Assembly: GCA_012295275.1 (NCBI GenBank)
Contig: CM022678.1
Coordinates: forward strand, 12,586,001-12,650,000
Length of the DNA: 64,000 bases
Origin: Chrysomallon squamiferum
Taxonomy: Eukaryota; Animalia; Mollusca
Reading direction: 5' to 3'
In this document: positions 40,803 to 55,031 of the stretch, one piece after another
Layout of the letters: every line of letters starts with the position of its first letter
How positions within the stretch are numbered: the stretch's first letter is position 1
Notes under the pieces: generated by a model
The model's database searches: none
What the model was told of the DNA's origin: nothing
The model's input: the letters and a program-made list of their open reading frames with translations, nothing else
Made by a program: the position numbers and the translations under genes

Positions 40803-40940
40803 TTACGTATTGCAAAGGATTATGGTTAAAAATAAAATGCTTGTAGACCTTTTAAGTAACATTTATATATATATCTATATATATTACTTAAAAGGTTTAC
40901 AAGCATTTTATGTTGAACCATAATCCTTTGCAATACATAA
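40803..40940. repeat. 57-bp inverted repeat around an (AT)n loop
   Basis: Arms 40803-40859 and 40884-40940 are reverse complements with 4 mismatches. Confidence 0.92.
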
Positions 40941-42177
40941 ACTCAGCTAACCCTTGGAATCAACTCCAGAAAGGTGATTCAGATATTAATTATGGACAAT
41001 AAAATGTATGTAATCATGAGACTAGAGATGTTGTAAGTCTGTCATTTGAAGCAAACAAAAAATAATTTTCTTAGCTTTGTACTTGCTGTGATTTGACAGC
41101 AAATAAGTTACCTATCATCTGACCATTGTTGAAATTTTCTCTGACAGAGCTTATCAACAAGCAAAAATAATGTTTTAAAACTGATCGATTTATGATTTTA
41201 TATTTTTTAAAAAGGGATTAGATTTGCATTCTGCATTCTATCAATACCTCTGAATACATTGTTCTGTTATGTTGTACAGTTTGTTATGTTTATGATTCTT
41301 AATTCCCCGTTTATCACAAGAATTTTGAAGGCAAAATAATTGACAGTTTTAAACAGAAGATAGTAATCAGCAAATCAGAATGTGATTTCGCTATGCACAT
41401 ACTATAATGTATATGCTAAAAGTAGGAACACTGAAGAAAAATATACAGCCAACAAGTTATAAAAAATATAAACATAAATCTAATCATTTTAAACAGTGCC
41501 AGACCTTTCTAGCAATTCATAAAATCTATGGCAATTTCATTCTGTAGACAACGTAACGTAATGGTGATTTCTATAAGCACGTGCTACTTTCAAATGCAGA
41601 GCTTCTTTTCGCCAAAGAAGACACACCATAGTGTTGCACATTGTTTGAAAGATAATTGAATGCTCTTTCATTTGGTCCCGTGAACATAGGTTTTATTTTC
41701 AACCAGTTTTTTTCAAAATTGGTTTGAAGGCACGAAAAAGTACATTTTTGGACACAACTTTTGATACAAGCCATTGCCAGCGATGACATGCACACGGTTA
41801 GAAAGATTGAACTTTGACCTCCTATCTGTGCTAAAAATAATATTGAAGCCATTTTGACAAAAACAAGCTAGGTGTTTGTAGAGCGACCCTATTTTAGTAC
41901 TTTTTACTCCACGCTGTTAATTGCTGACCATGGGCACTGAAGTACGTTTACCCCCACCATGTTTAACACTCGTACAAAGAACTGATTAAACATACAACAA
42001 GACCACCACCACCATTTAAAAGAGCACATAATGATCTTTAGTTACATAGATTTGTATTTTTAGGGTAGGATTTATAGAAGGGATTTGGGAGAGGAGGAAA
42101 ACGAACAAAATCTGAACTTTTAACAGCTTCGACCAATTATATCAGCTAGGCTGCCAGTACCTACATAGAGAAGGGTG

Positions 42178-42540
42178 AGTATCCTGATTCAAGAAAAGGC
42201 AGTATGAAATGCATCAAGCATGTGATGTTTTAAGATGTCAACTCTGTGCCAATTAAATGGTTTCAACAAATGGCCGCTAGACCTGAAATTCGTACCAATG
42301 GTGAAATGCTACTTCAAAAAGCATGAGGCTTTGTCACAAGGATGGCGAGAAAGTGAATGAGAGTTGGATTGATCATTTTAAGGAAAGGCGGGGTATTGGA
42401 AAAGTGCTTAAAGTGGTTGAATCTGGCCATGTTAATGCAGGAGTAGTTGAAGAATGGAAAACTGAAGGACATTCTCCAGAGATATGAAGTGCAGGACATA
42501 TATAACACTGATGAAAGCTGATTATTTTGGCTGCTTCAGA
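42178..42540 (+). mobile_element. Decayed pogo/Tigger transposase (CENP-B HTH and start of DDE domain)
   Basis: KWFQQMAARPEIRTNGEMLLQKA*...SWIDHFKERRGI...LQRYEVQDIYNTDES*LFW, compared with the consensus GWL..FK.R.GI and YN.DETGLF; contains stops and frameshifts. Confidence 0.85.
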
Positions 42541-44639
42541 GAACATGCTAGGATAATTCGTCATTTTGCCAACTTACATTTACAAGTAGTCACTATGACT
42601 GTTTATGTGTAAGTTATCACTATGAAGACTTAGCATTACTCATCATGTCAATAAGTCATCAGAAATATCTTGGTACTGAAAGTGACAACTTACTGAGGTT
42701 TACTATATTTTTACTGAGTTACATTTATCACACTTGAATTTCAAATGTGTATGTGTGTTTCTGCTTCTGTTTGTGTGTAAATGTAACTAATTTAAACAAA
42801 CGGAACATTTCTTACAATTCAGTGAACCCATCTTTAGACATTAGCTGCTATATGTTAAACCAGATGTCTGTCACTGACCATACAACTCTTCTTTCCTGTC
42901 AACAGAACAATACAAAATTTATATTACTGATTTACCTTGCATCTTAAAATAATATTGTCAAGTAATACCTTCTTTTATTATTTAACCACAATCTTAATAA
43001 AAAAATAAAATAAAAGAAGAATAATTAAGCACAAAGAGGAAAAAATAATAAAATTAAAAATTAATGTTATAACTGCCGTTTTTCAAAGTATCAGAAATTA
43101 TTAACGCACTTATTGATGCTTAAAAGAGAATTTTATTGATTATCAATATACATGAATCTGGTTAGTTTACAAAATAAAATTTTATGAATCAAATACAATA
43201 CAGTAAAAAGTCATGAATTTTTAACAAAAACCAATCAGCAATATTTATTAGTGTAATTGTTTCAGTCACATGACAGTTTTATATGAACACACGGTATTGA
43301 GATAGCATGGCTACCTCGGTTTTGACATGAAAAAAAATAGATGATTTTACAAGAATGACATCCGAAAGTGGATGAATAACCATTTCAAATCTGAACATGG
43401 TGAAAACAAAAATATTTAATAAAATATTGAGTGAATATCTGCTGTCATCCGAGGACAAATTTAAAATTAACAACAGAAATAGAGATGAATTCACATTTAT
43501 AAATAATTTAATGAATTACTCATTATCTCCATTTGCTGTTGTTTATACTAACACTGACTGCAGAATCATCTATGTACACTGATGCATTACTCTCAAAACA
43601 TTTACTTACTCACTTTAACCCTCCATTAGATTCTTGCTGTTGTATGTTAAACCAGTTGTCCAAAACTGATCATATAACACTTCAGGCCTGCCAACAGAAT
43701 AACACAAAACAGATGTTTTCAAATTTGTTTGATTTACGTGTCAATATTCATTTAGAAAATAGAATAAAAGAAAAACAAAATATAATACAATTAAGAACAT
43801 TTTGTTTTGTTCAACCACAACAAAATCCAAACTCTCAAAAACTGAGTTATAATTAGAAGAGACAGGATGAAATCTTGGAAGTTTTTTCTTATCAAAATTG
43901 TTGTGACATCTTATTTCCCTGATGAAATAATTTCATCTTTTCTTACACAGAATTTCAGTTAATAAACAGAAAATTTGTCACAAACAGTTATTACAGATTT
44001 TATTTTGCCAAAAAATCCAGATACCTAAATAGCAAGAAAATTAAACGAACTAGAGGCCAAATAAATCAAATTAACTGTAGAAATACAATTCACTTGTGAG
44101 TACTGTTTTGGTACAGAGTCATCTAGTTTATGTACCTGTATACTGTTTTGTTATTCTGTAAGATTTGAGCGGGCAATTGAGGTTTGTAGTGTGTGGTAAT
44201 TGATTATCTCATTAAACTTGTTTTATCACCCAACCCATTATAACACCAATATTAGCTGAAAACCAATGTCAGCATTACAAAGAATTTTGAAAGTACATAT
44301 AGGCAAGATGTGATGACTTAGATAAATATTTTTGGGCACTTCATGAAAAATGTGTTTACTCTGACAAATTATGTATTTGCATACAGTGTTCAGTTATGTC
44401 TTTGAACGGTTAACTGCTGGTTTAGGTACTGAAAGACCATTTTGAAAACAGTTCATTTTAAAAAAAAACCCAATAAATTGCAGTTATTTAAAATAATATA
44501 TATATAAACTTGCTTTGATTTAGAGTGCGAACAAAAATGTATCTTTGCAGATATCTAAATCAACACAGAATACAATGTGTTTGTGTTTGATTTGTAAACA
44601 AACAGCCTAGATATTAGAATCGCTAGACAATGGATCATT

Positions 44640-45904
44640 ATCTAGGTATGTGCATTACTGCCGGAACTGCGTCCGCCATTTTCTGCTATATCCGTGTGAC
44701 CTGGATCTCCCCAATGGCGAGTGGTGTCTCTGCATAAATTGCTTCTCATTAGTCAGGGGCTGGGAGTTTCAGTGATCCCTGATGGTATAATTAGTGGGAA
44801 ATTCCCGTATCCTCACTTGTTTTTTGAATTTTTCAGTTCGGTCAATTGGTTCGTTTCGGAGGAGAGTTCAAAAAAAAAGATTGTATTCAACACATTAAAA
44901 TCGGTCGTTTTCGATATCGGAGGATAATCTAAGGTAGATTGAGGCGAAGAACAATATTTAATTTTATTATATGTGAATTTATATTGAAATATGATATAGC
45001 TGAGAAAAGTTATTAACCCCAGAAAGACAAGCTGTAAAATCGAAATGGCTTCAAAATCAAACATGGCGGATGAAAATTCGAGTGAAACTGAAGCGATTTC
45101 TACCCTTGATTTCAGCTATGTTTGATAAATGAGTGATAGAACAGATTGTGATGCTGTATAAATATATGACTGTACTCTATGTCACACTTTTATTACCCGA
45201 TGGATTGTAAATAGTGGACGATTGTGGATTTTGCGAGTGCCTTCAAGCCAATCGGTATGAACTAATTTTGAAATTTAGTATTCATTATTATTATGTTGGC
45301 CTTCTTTTCGGGATGCCTAACTTGAAGTGGAAAAGAAAATCCCCCAATCCAAGGACTGGTATAGCCAAGCAACACTTGGAAGAGAACTTTTCCAATGGAA
45401 TTCCAGTTTCTTTGGCGAATTTCTTAAATGGTCACGTATTCAATATTGTTTATTTTTGTCTTTCGCTGCGAAAAAAGCCGTTCGAAGACCTTTAGAGAAC
45501 TTCAATCATATATCCCTAATAATATTACTGGTCATCAGAGAAATACAGTTTTGAATTATATTACATCACAAATTCAGAAACTTGTTGACAACACTCTGAA
45601 CAAGTTCAAGAAACTCAGTGACGCTGTGGAATTCAGTATGTTTGATTCCATTTGTCACGAAAGTTTTGATCAGCTGAACCTGACCAGTACTATTTCCACA
45701 GTTATGTCATGTGTTATCCAGCCAGTGGAAGTCCCTCAGGCTGATGAAGAAAATGCCACTGTTCTTCCCAGTACCAAGCCTGTTGCTGTGTGCCCTCTGA
45801 AAACCAGGCAGATAAGAAAATGCCATAACTGTGAGAGATATCATAAAAGTTTGCAATTTGCCAAACAAAGTGAGAAACAGGATCTCTTAAAATGTCAGAA
45901 TTAA
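44640..45904 (+). other. Comparatively CpG-rich insertion with a frameshifted ORF, probably transposon-derived
   Basis: Overlapping ORFs 45214-45495 and 45428-45904 end in CxxC (KCHNCERYH) and lack introns; family not recognised. Confidence 0.3.
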
Positions 45905-46354
45905 AATCTGCTGTATTATTAATTATTTATATTTCACTTTTAACAGCTTGAATTGAGAGAACTAGTTACCATCTATCTTCAGTCCAAATTTCACTAATAA
46001 AATTTGGTTATTAAGAAAGTTACATGCATTTTAGTGAAAAACAATAGGATTTTGGTTACGCCATTGTAATGCAAATGCAGTAAATAATAGAACAATTAAT
46101 TAGTGTTAATTGAAAACATTAAAATGCTGTAGCTTCCTTAATACTCAACAGAATCACATGTTTGTTGTTTTTTACAGGGTTTTTAGAGTTCTTTTCAGCA
46201 ATGTTATTTATGTTGAATTTGGTGGTGACTGAATTTTTTGTCCACATACCTTCATTATCATCACAGATTGCCATTTATATGGTTTTAAACTCCCAAATCA
46301 TTCGAGGCAGTTATGGAATGGAAATACTATTAAATTATTTTTTCTATCATTTGT

Positions 46355-46942
46355 ATGTAAGAGGTAAGTAATTTAAGAAGAATAAGCCGATATAAACCAT
46401 CCTCAAACGTAAGTCATTTAACTGGAATTTGGTCTGCCATGACACTTTAGCGATCCAACACCGAGATTACCATGTTTCACGAGGTAAAGAATACAATCAG
46501 CATGTTTGCAGCAGCTTGATAAAAGAAAATTTATTAAATTTTTTATTTTGACTCTTATTCGTTGAAACAAAAAGCATTCAACTTTTAAAACATGTACTAT
46601 TATGTATGCAAACAATGAGTTATCTTTTTTTTTTTTTTTTCAATCATTGGTCCATGCTAATACAAGTAGTAATAGATGGCCATTTTTATCATTTTAAAAT
46701 CCCGAGATTCGAGACACAATTATGGATGAAAACTACCATTAAATCATTAGGGACATCTTTTTCTAGCATTTTCATGTAAGATGTAAGTATTTTAAGAAGA
46801 ACAAGCCAATATAATCCATCCTCAAACAAAGTCATTTAACAGGAATTCTGGTCCGCCATGACACTTTGACGAGCCAACGTCGAGATGACCTGGTTTCACG
46901 AAGTAAAGAAAACAGTTAGCATGTTCGCAGCATCTTGATAAA
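46355..46942. repeat. Diverged ~170-bp direct repeat pair (46355-46523 and 46774-46942)
   Basis: Shared taag..ttaagaagaa.aagcc.atataa.ccatcctcaaac...gccatgacacttt...gtttcacga.gtaaagaa...cttgataaa. Confidence 0.8.
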
Positions 46943-49798
46943 CTTTCAAACACTTTCAACTTTCAATAAGATAAAAAAAAATAATACTAATAATTGATTT
47001 TATACTGTTAAACAAATAAAGAACCAACGGACACTACAAACAACCACATAGAGTATAAGCGTTCATTACCTGCAGTAGAAAATAACGCAGTGACCTAAAT
47101 TCTTCGCTATCTGCTCGCTCTGTTAATCATCTGAAACGGAAGACTACTCTGTTTAGCTTTCATAGCATTCGGGGCAGACATTGTTTATTTATTTATTTAT
47201 TTGTTATTATTATTATTATTATTATGTTCTGGTACAATTTTTACCTATAATCTGAATAAAAGTCACGCGACTAACACGCCCATCTCTCAAATTTAATCTT
47301 ATATATATACTTTCTAAGAGCAGTTCCTTCTAGGTTATCCGTTTAGCTGCATACAGCATCACTGTAACTTGGTGAGAATGCAGTCAGTATTCTAAGTGTG
47401 TCATGTTTCTGAAAGCTGATTTCAGGGTAAAGTCAGAAAGATACTGGGTGCATTATCGATACGGTTGAATAAAATTATAATAGTACTGTGCTTCGAAAGT
47501 AAAATAGATATGAAATAAATATTTTAAATTTACTTTTTCTTCGCTCATGTGTAAAAGATTTCCGAATTAAATTAAATGGGCATAAGAAAAAAGAAAAACA
47601 AACAAACAAACAAACAATTGACGTCTAATCTACTGACGCACTTTAATGTGAAATGAGCACAGCGGTAGGAAGAAAAGTAACTGTGTTGTTATATTTAACT
47701 GCCAAAATTAAATAAAAAACATTTTAAGCAAAACTGCCACAACAATTAACTGAAGAATAAAAGTTAAATAAATAAATAAATAAATAATATATAAACAAAC
47801 ATAGAAGTGAATAAAGAAAGATCGAAATAGAAAGTTCATACGGACATATGCCCACTCAACCTAAAAATGCAGAGGCGGACAAAATCCACCAGCAGAAATG
47901 CAAGACAGGATAAAAGCCTCCCATACATAAACAAAACACAGTAGTGTAAATATTCCTGAATTAAAATAAAATGTATATGTAATACTTATAATAAAAATAA
48001 AAGGGGGAAAAAAACCATTCTGTCATTGTTTAAAATTTTCTTCACACCTTATTATCAAAATCGTGGGATTTATGCAGTTAGTTATTAGGTCGAGTAAATT
48101 GGGTGTGACCAGCTTTAATAAATGAGTAACTTTAAAACTAACCAACATAAAACTAGCTGACATAACATAGCTTAGAAAATATGAAATGATTTTTCACTTG
48201 AACTGACAACACTGATTTTGATATAACTTTTTAATTAATTTATAGTAGTGATAGCAGTGAGAAAAAACCCGCATGAATGTAAGACTGTACACTCTTCTTT
48301 ATGGCTTGCTGGTGGACTCAGTCTTTCGGGTGTTTTAAACTTTCCAAAAACTAATCGTTTCATTAACAGTGTTTAATATATTTCAACAACCTTTTTAGCA
48401 ATACATTTAAATTCAGTTATTTCCAAGTTATTTTTGGAATAAGTCGTCGAGCTGGCAGTAATGCGTAGAATGTAGGAATTTTTTCTGCACTATGCACAGA
48501 CTCCTTTGAATTACAATACAGATTATAGCAGCTAACTGTCTATCTAACGGGCCTGCCTGACATTTGTTTAGCCACTTTCTTTCTCTGTATTTAGTTTCTG
48601 TTTGTGCTGTTAAACTGTATGTCCTTTTCACTCTGTTGTACATGTATTTTTGTTGTTAAATCTAAACCAATGTCCAAGAATTTACAATGTAGAATGTACA
48701 GGCCTGGTCTTCCTAATGTTAAGGATCTAGTCTCTCACACCGGATAATGTTATTAAATTTTTGCTAAGCATAACAGTTTATTGTGTTATATTTTGTTATT
48801 CAAAGAGACCAGGTTAAATGAAAAAGAAAAATGTAGTTGCTTTTTTTCTATGGCGAGAACTTTCATCCTACTATAGATTAGTTTGAGGGGGGGGCCTTTT
48901 GTCCTACTTTGCGCAACCACTGGAGGGCTTTTGTCTACCTATGCATTTTAATTTTTGGACTTGGAGGTGGGTTATCTTCAATAGAATCAACTTCAGTTTA
49001 TCGGGGACTAATAGACAGGAATATTAATTTTATTTGTTTGTTTACTTTTTAATTACTATCGAAAGATTGTTATATGTGACTGAAATAAGTGACTTTGGAA
49101 TTTTTATTTTATTTCTGTTTTCTTTCGAAGCAAAATATTATATGCGGTATAAAAAAGCAATAAAAAGGAATTTTACAAAAAGCGAGTAACATAGAACGAA
49201 ATGTATTTAGAAGTAGAGTCAAGATTAAACATGAGTAATCGTTAATTCAGGTATATACTGTATATATAAATTGGAGAGGATTGAAAAACCTTTTAAAAAA
49301 ATAAAATAATTATAAATTAGAAATGCATGCCAGTGTTAAGAAATGTATTATTGAACTTAGTGTGAGCTGTGAAAAGAAATTAAAAAACTAAATAAACAAT
49401 TTCTGCCCTTTCTTGCTGAATGTACAACATCTTTAATGCTACTGCTGCTACTACTATATAAAAATACATGTTTTTATAATAATTACACATTTTCTGAATG
49501 TAACTTTTTGAAATATACCTTTTTCTAAATATATATATGCTCACACACATACACATGTGTGTTTGTGTATATGTGTGTGTGGGTGTGTATATATATATAT
49601 TTTTTATTTGTAACACACACACACATACAAACATACACATCCACACAAACCCATATATATATATATACATACACAAACATACATATATATGTATTTAATA
49701 TTAATATTTAGAGAAAACATATATATATATATATATACATACATGCATACATACATACATAAATACATATATACAAAGATACATAGACACATACATAC

Positions 49799-49858
<60 letters not shown>

Positions 49859-51351
49859 CAGAAAATGTATATTTGTTAAATTAACATGTATTCTTCACAA
49901 ATTAGGTAGAAGAGATTTAGGAAAATAATTATTTTATTAACTGCTTTTAACTGAAAATGTAACACAATAAAAATTTCATGTAATTAATATAATTAAATGT
50001 ACATCAGTTGTTTAATGGAAGTGTGTGGTCAAAAACATAATAATAATAAAATAAAATATAATTTATTTTTTCTCTTTGTTGTTATTCAACATACAAATTT
50101 AATTATAAGATTGTAATTAAAAAGTTTTGTCTTTGTTATTTTATATTTAAACTTGGTTATATTTACAAATTATGCTATCTCTATGAGAGTCTTACCTGTT
50201 AAGCTGATTTTTAGCAGGGGGCTTGCCTCCTTATCTTTTATTACTTTTTTGTTTGTTGTTGTTACTCCATATCACTATGAATATCAGTTTTTCCATTCTA
50301 ACCAGTGCTCCATGGTTAATGTATTAGAGTTCAGTGTTTTGTCTGGTATCTGTCCATCCATCACACACAGGTCACGGCTGAGTGAACTGGTAATTATGTC
50401 TTTTACCCAGAATGCATTGATCTTCCCAGCTGTGTATAAAAATCCATTGAGAAGAATTTATGAATTATCTCTTGAAGAAATGAACATATTCTGTTTCTCA
50501 TAACCCTTTTTATGGTTGAGAAGTGAAGGTATATCTTTTATGTACTTATGTGTTGACTTCACTAAGCTAAACTGTTAATAATCAGACAGACATTGTTTTC
50601 TCTAAAATACTTACTTAATTTTAAACAAAGCAAATAACAGAGGTTTAACTGTTGGTGATACTAGAATCTTAATTAATTTCCAGTCATTAATCCAAAAAGA
50701 AATACTAGTCAAACAAATATTTTGTGAATCTCATATACTGAAGCATCTGCTGTGCATAACAATTGTAGATAAAACTTGTTGTGACAATTTATCACAAAAA
50801 AAAATCTTTTATAAAGTAAATTAGTAACACTAAAATGTCTAAGTATATAAAACATGTAAATACATGTACATTAATTAATATTAGCACATATGTACCAAGA
50901 TTAAAACTATACATCTCAAATATATAACTGCAGACCATAAACTGGTACCAAATATACAAAAATTAGCATTCTTATTTGCATATACTAGAAGATATTTTCC
51001 TGAATTATTTTTTATAATTGTTGGTAATCATCATTGGTAATCAGTGATTATTTCACTAATATTACATGGACTTACTTAATCAGTCTCGTCACAGACTGTG
51101 TAACAACAGGGGTATAACAGATGTGAGACAAGTGTTTGAATTTCAGATATACACATCAGTATTTCCAGTGGTCAATGACCGAGGTTTGAAAGGTCAATGT
51201 ACAGTTCACAGTGTGAGTTATTACCAGTGTCAATGTTGTGGGGAAAGTTACCTATTTTACCTTTACTGCATACAAAATCAGTGGGTTAGGTTTATATATC
51301 TCACAAACACCAACAACTCTGATATGATTAAATATTAATTTCTCTAGGCAT

Positions 51352-51396
<45 letters not shown>

Positions 51397-52288
51397 CAAT
51401 TAAATGAGAAAAAAAACAAATTCACAGATCCAGCAAAATGTATTAGTCACTAAAACATATTTACTGCACTTTGCCCCATACAATTTGATGATGTTAACAA
51501 AAATTTACAACAGTATTTTCCAGTTCTAAAATGTGACAGTAAAAATGTGACGTCAGTTGGTGGCAATGTGAATATTAAATGAGAAGCAAATGTCATATAA
51601 CTGACTTATTAAACATGATTGGCTGGTAATAATTTGTTCAAGGAAATAATAAAAACTAAAACAAAATTTGACTGAATGGGTATAATTAGTGTGTTTGTGT
51701 ATGTGTGTATCTGTGAACCTCTCTGGTTAGATATAATAATGTCACAAAAAAACAAAAACAAAACAATTGACTGTTTTAATTAATCAATAAAGAGAAACCC
51801 TGATTGGTTGCCTATAATTAGTTCATTGATATACCAAAATCTGATTGGCTGGCTATAATTAGTCCAACAAATCAAAAGCCTGAACGGCTGTCTATTAGTA
51901 GTTTTACAAAATAAATGTAAATGTATCTTTAGTGTAAACATTGCTTGTCTTTACTGAAAATGGTTCACCTTGCCAACATTCAGTAATTATTTTGGAAAAT
52001 GTTGTATCTGAAACAATCTAATGAAATGATAACAACATCTTTTCAAATTCTGAAAAAACCCAGTTAGCTTCAGAATATTGATGCTGAGTTTTACAGATTT
52101 ATTTAAAGCATATACAACATATTAATTATAGATTAACAGTTGATAAATCATCCAGTAAAACCAATGAGTAAAAATCAATGAAATGTTAAAAAGTATAATG
52201 GTATTTTCTTACAGATAATTAAACATTATTTATAATGATAATTTCAGAGGAATGAATAAGATATTTATAGATTTTTTTACAATTTCAG

Positions 52289-52414
52289 GAGTAGGAAGTC
52301 AGTTTCTGGCATTAGCTACTGGCATTTTGTTGATGGCTCTAAGTGGCATGTTTAATGTTCACCAGCATGGAGCCATCAATTCAGCTGCTATCATTTTGTA
52401 TGCCTTCACAGCAT
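52289..52414 (+). pseudogene. TM9SF1: Orphan intact exon of transmembrane 9 superfamily member 1
   Basis: tttcag|GA GTA GGA AGT CAG...ACA GCA T|gtgagt translates [42 protein letters not shown], against TM9SF1 [41 protein letters not shown]. No other TM9SF1 exons were recognised. Confidence 0.85.
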
Positions 52415-53795
52415 GTGAGTAATCAAACCTTAACTTCAGAGTAAATACAGCCCAGCTTTTGTATTTAAGCATGTTAAAAAGAATTTAAAATATTAATATT
52501 AAATCACTTGTTACCCAAATAGACTCTTTTGTTTTGAACATTCGTCAGCTCTGTTACTGTACAGCAAAAATAGTGTCATCTTGTAACATAAAAAGAAATA
52601 TTCTTTTTTTAAATACGTGTATATATGTATTCACTGAAAAGTACTATAACTCCAAGAATTTGCAGAAGATTTACCAACGCAGCCTTATGGAAGCATTTTG
52701 TAAACTGCAAAAATCTAAAATAACATTAATATCATTTCTCAGGGATATGGACAAAGCATCCCATACATAAAAAAAAAAATCAGGATAGTACAAATGCACC
52801 CCAATGTAAAAAAAAATGTATCCTACCATTGTTTAATATTTTCCCTGACACCAATTTACCACAAAAAAGATCAAGTAAACTGGGTGTGAACAGCTTTAAT
52901 AACTGACTAACTTTAAAAGTAATTCCTATAATTAGTATACGAGTGATAGAGCAGACCTTAGAAAATGCGAAATAATTTTGTCATATAGAAATAGTATTAA
53001 GACGTCTGATAGTTCATCGGCTTTTGATATTACTTTTCAGAAATTATATTCACTTTTAAATGGAAAAATTCCCCCAAAATACTAAGGTATCTTATCTCAT
53101 TAATGTGTCATGTGACTATATAATCCTTTGATATAAATTTTCTCTTTAAATTGTATCCTTCATCTTACTTGTGATTATTATGACAATTATTTAATGACGT
53201 ACGTGATTGATAATCATGCCAATATTATGTTGATTTTGATAAATATATGTAGTATATATGCTTTAATAAAGTGGTTGCTTGCAAAGTTACTCTGTTCTGC
53301 TATATATTTCATGTGGAGGACTTTTGCCCAACCTTGTTTTTTTTCAATTGGGAACTTCTGTCCTAGTTGCGCTGCGAATACACTGGGGTGATTTTGTTCA
53401 CCTGGGCATGTTTTCACTGCGGAACTTTTTCCTACATTCCTTTATTTTTTTATTCTTTTTGTTGATGTAATTAAAAGTTTGTGAAAATGGATAACTTTAA
53501 ATTTAATTCACGATAGAGAAAAAATTCAAGAAATTAGAACATCGCCAAGCAGACAACATAAGCTAAGAAGGCATTCGGGAAGGTTGGATTTGTACATATA
53601 TTCAGCTATATATTTAATTGACTTGCAAGTTAAATGTTATTGTTTACATTTATTTTGTGAAACTACTAATAGACAGCCATTCAGGTTTTTAATTTGTTGG
53701 ACTAATTATTTAGAACTGAACTGTGAACACGATCAAGGTGCGATCAAAGTATCTATATAGGAATTACACACACTGAAAACAATAACAACAACAAC

Positions 53796-53848
<53 letters not shown>

Positions 53849-54984
53849 TAGCTCTAGTAGTAATAATAGTAATAATAATAACAATAATGACCAAAAAAAA
53901 AAGCAGAAGAATTATAATAAAATTAATAAAATAAGGAAATGAAATAATCAAATCAAATTAAAAATAAATTATTTCGAGTGAAGTCAAATAATATGAACTT
54001 AAAAAAATGTAAAAATAGTTTCTTGAAACAAAATAAATGTATAGAATTACTGATATATAGATTACTATATAGATAGACAGATCGATGTAGACAAAAAGTA
54101 AAAGCTTCTTCCATATCGTTAAGAGAAGATTTAATTAAATTATTCTATGTGATTTTCTCGCTATCTACTCATTTTGTTTTTTGGCTGCCCAGTTAGTTTG
54201 GACAAAAATTCGTAATGACAACAAAATCAACAGGTGTAAAGGTGATACTCTCGAAAGGGTGAGTTCAGAAAGAAAACAGATAATCACACTTGCTTTTTTA
54301 TTATTATTTAGGATTATAGAAAAAAGAAAAGAGAAATAACTGGTTGTTGTCTTAAGTAATGAGTTCTTAACTTCGCAGAATAAAGTAGATGTGTCTGTCT
54401 TTAGTGTATGTATCTGTGTAATTATACTGCCAAGACAATTTCACTCTCATGATACAAATAAAATAAATGGTCTAGTAAAATTGTTTAAACCAGTTTTACA
54501 CAGACACTGATCACTGGAAAAACAGAATTTATATTATATTTATTGGATACATTATGTCTATGTACAAATTAGAACAAACACACACACACATACTCCAAAG
54601 TGTGAGGGGTAAACAGATATACAGAATGAGAAAATATAAGGGAAATAACTCGAGAATAATAAGAATAAGAATAAGAATGATAATTAGAAGAGACAGGAAT
54701 CTTTCCACAAAGGAATTATTTATATTTCTTTTTCAAATCAATAATTTCAATTAATAAACAGGAATTTTGTTAATTTCTTCATCAAGGCTAATAACGATAT
54801 TCTCCGCGGTTGTTTGGCTACGCCTATAATAATGTTAGCGTATGTTGTTGAGTAAATGTTGGTGAGCCTTTTAATTTATGTATGAAGTAGCGAGTATTTA
54901 ACGGTTTTTCTTTTGTGTTTGTGTTGGTAATTAAAGTGTGTTACTGTAGTACCAGATGTGGAGTAAATATATTATTATTATTAT

Positions 54985-55031
<47 letters not shown>

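Noticed and set aside
50196-50601. Minus-strand AG...GT block as a further exon of copy A
   Set aside because: Multiple stops and no recognisable homology.
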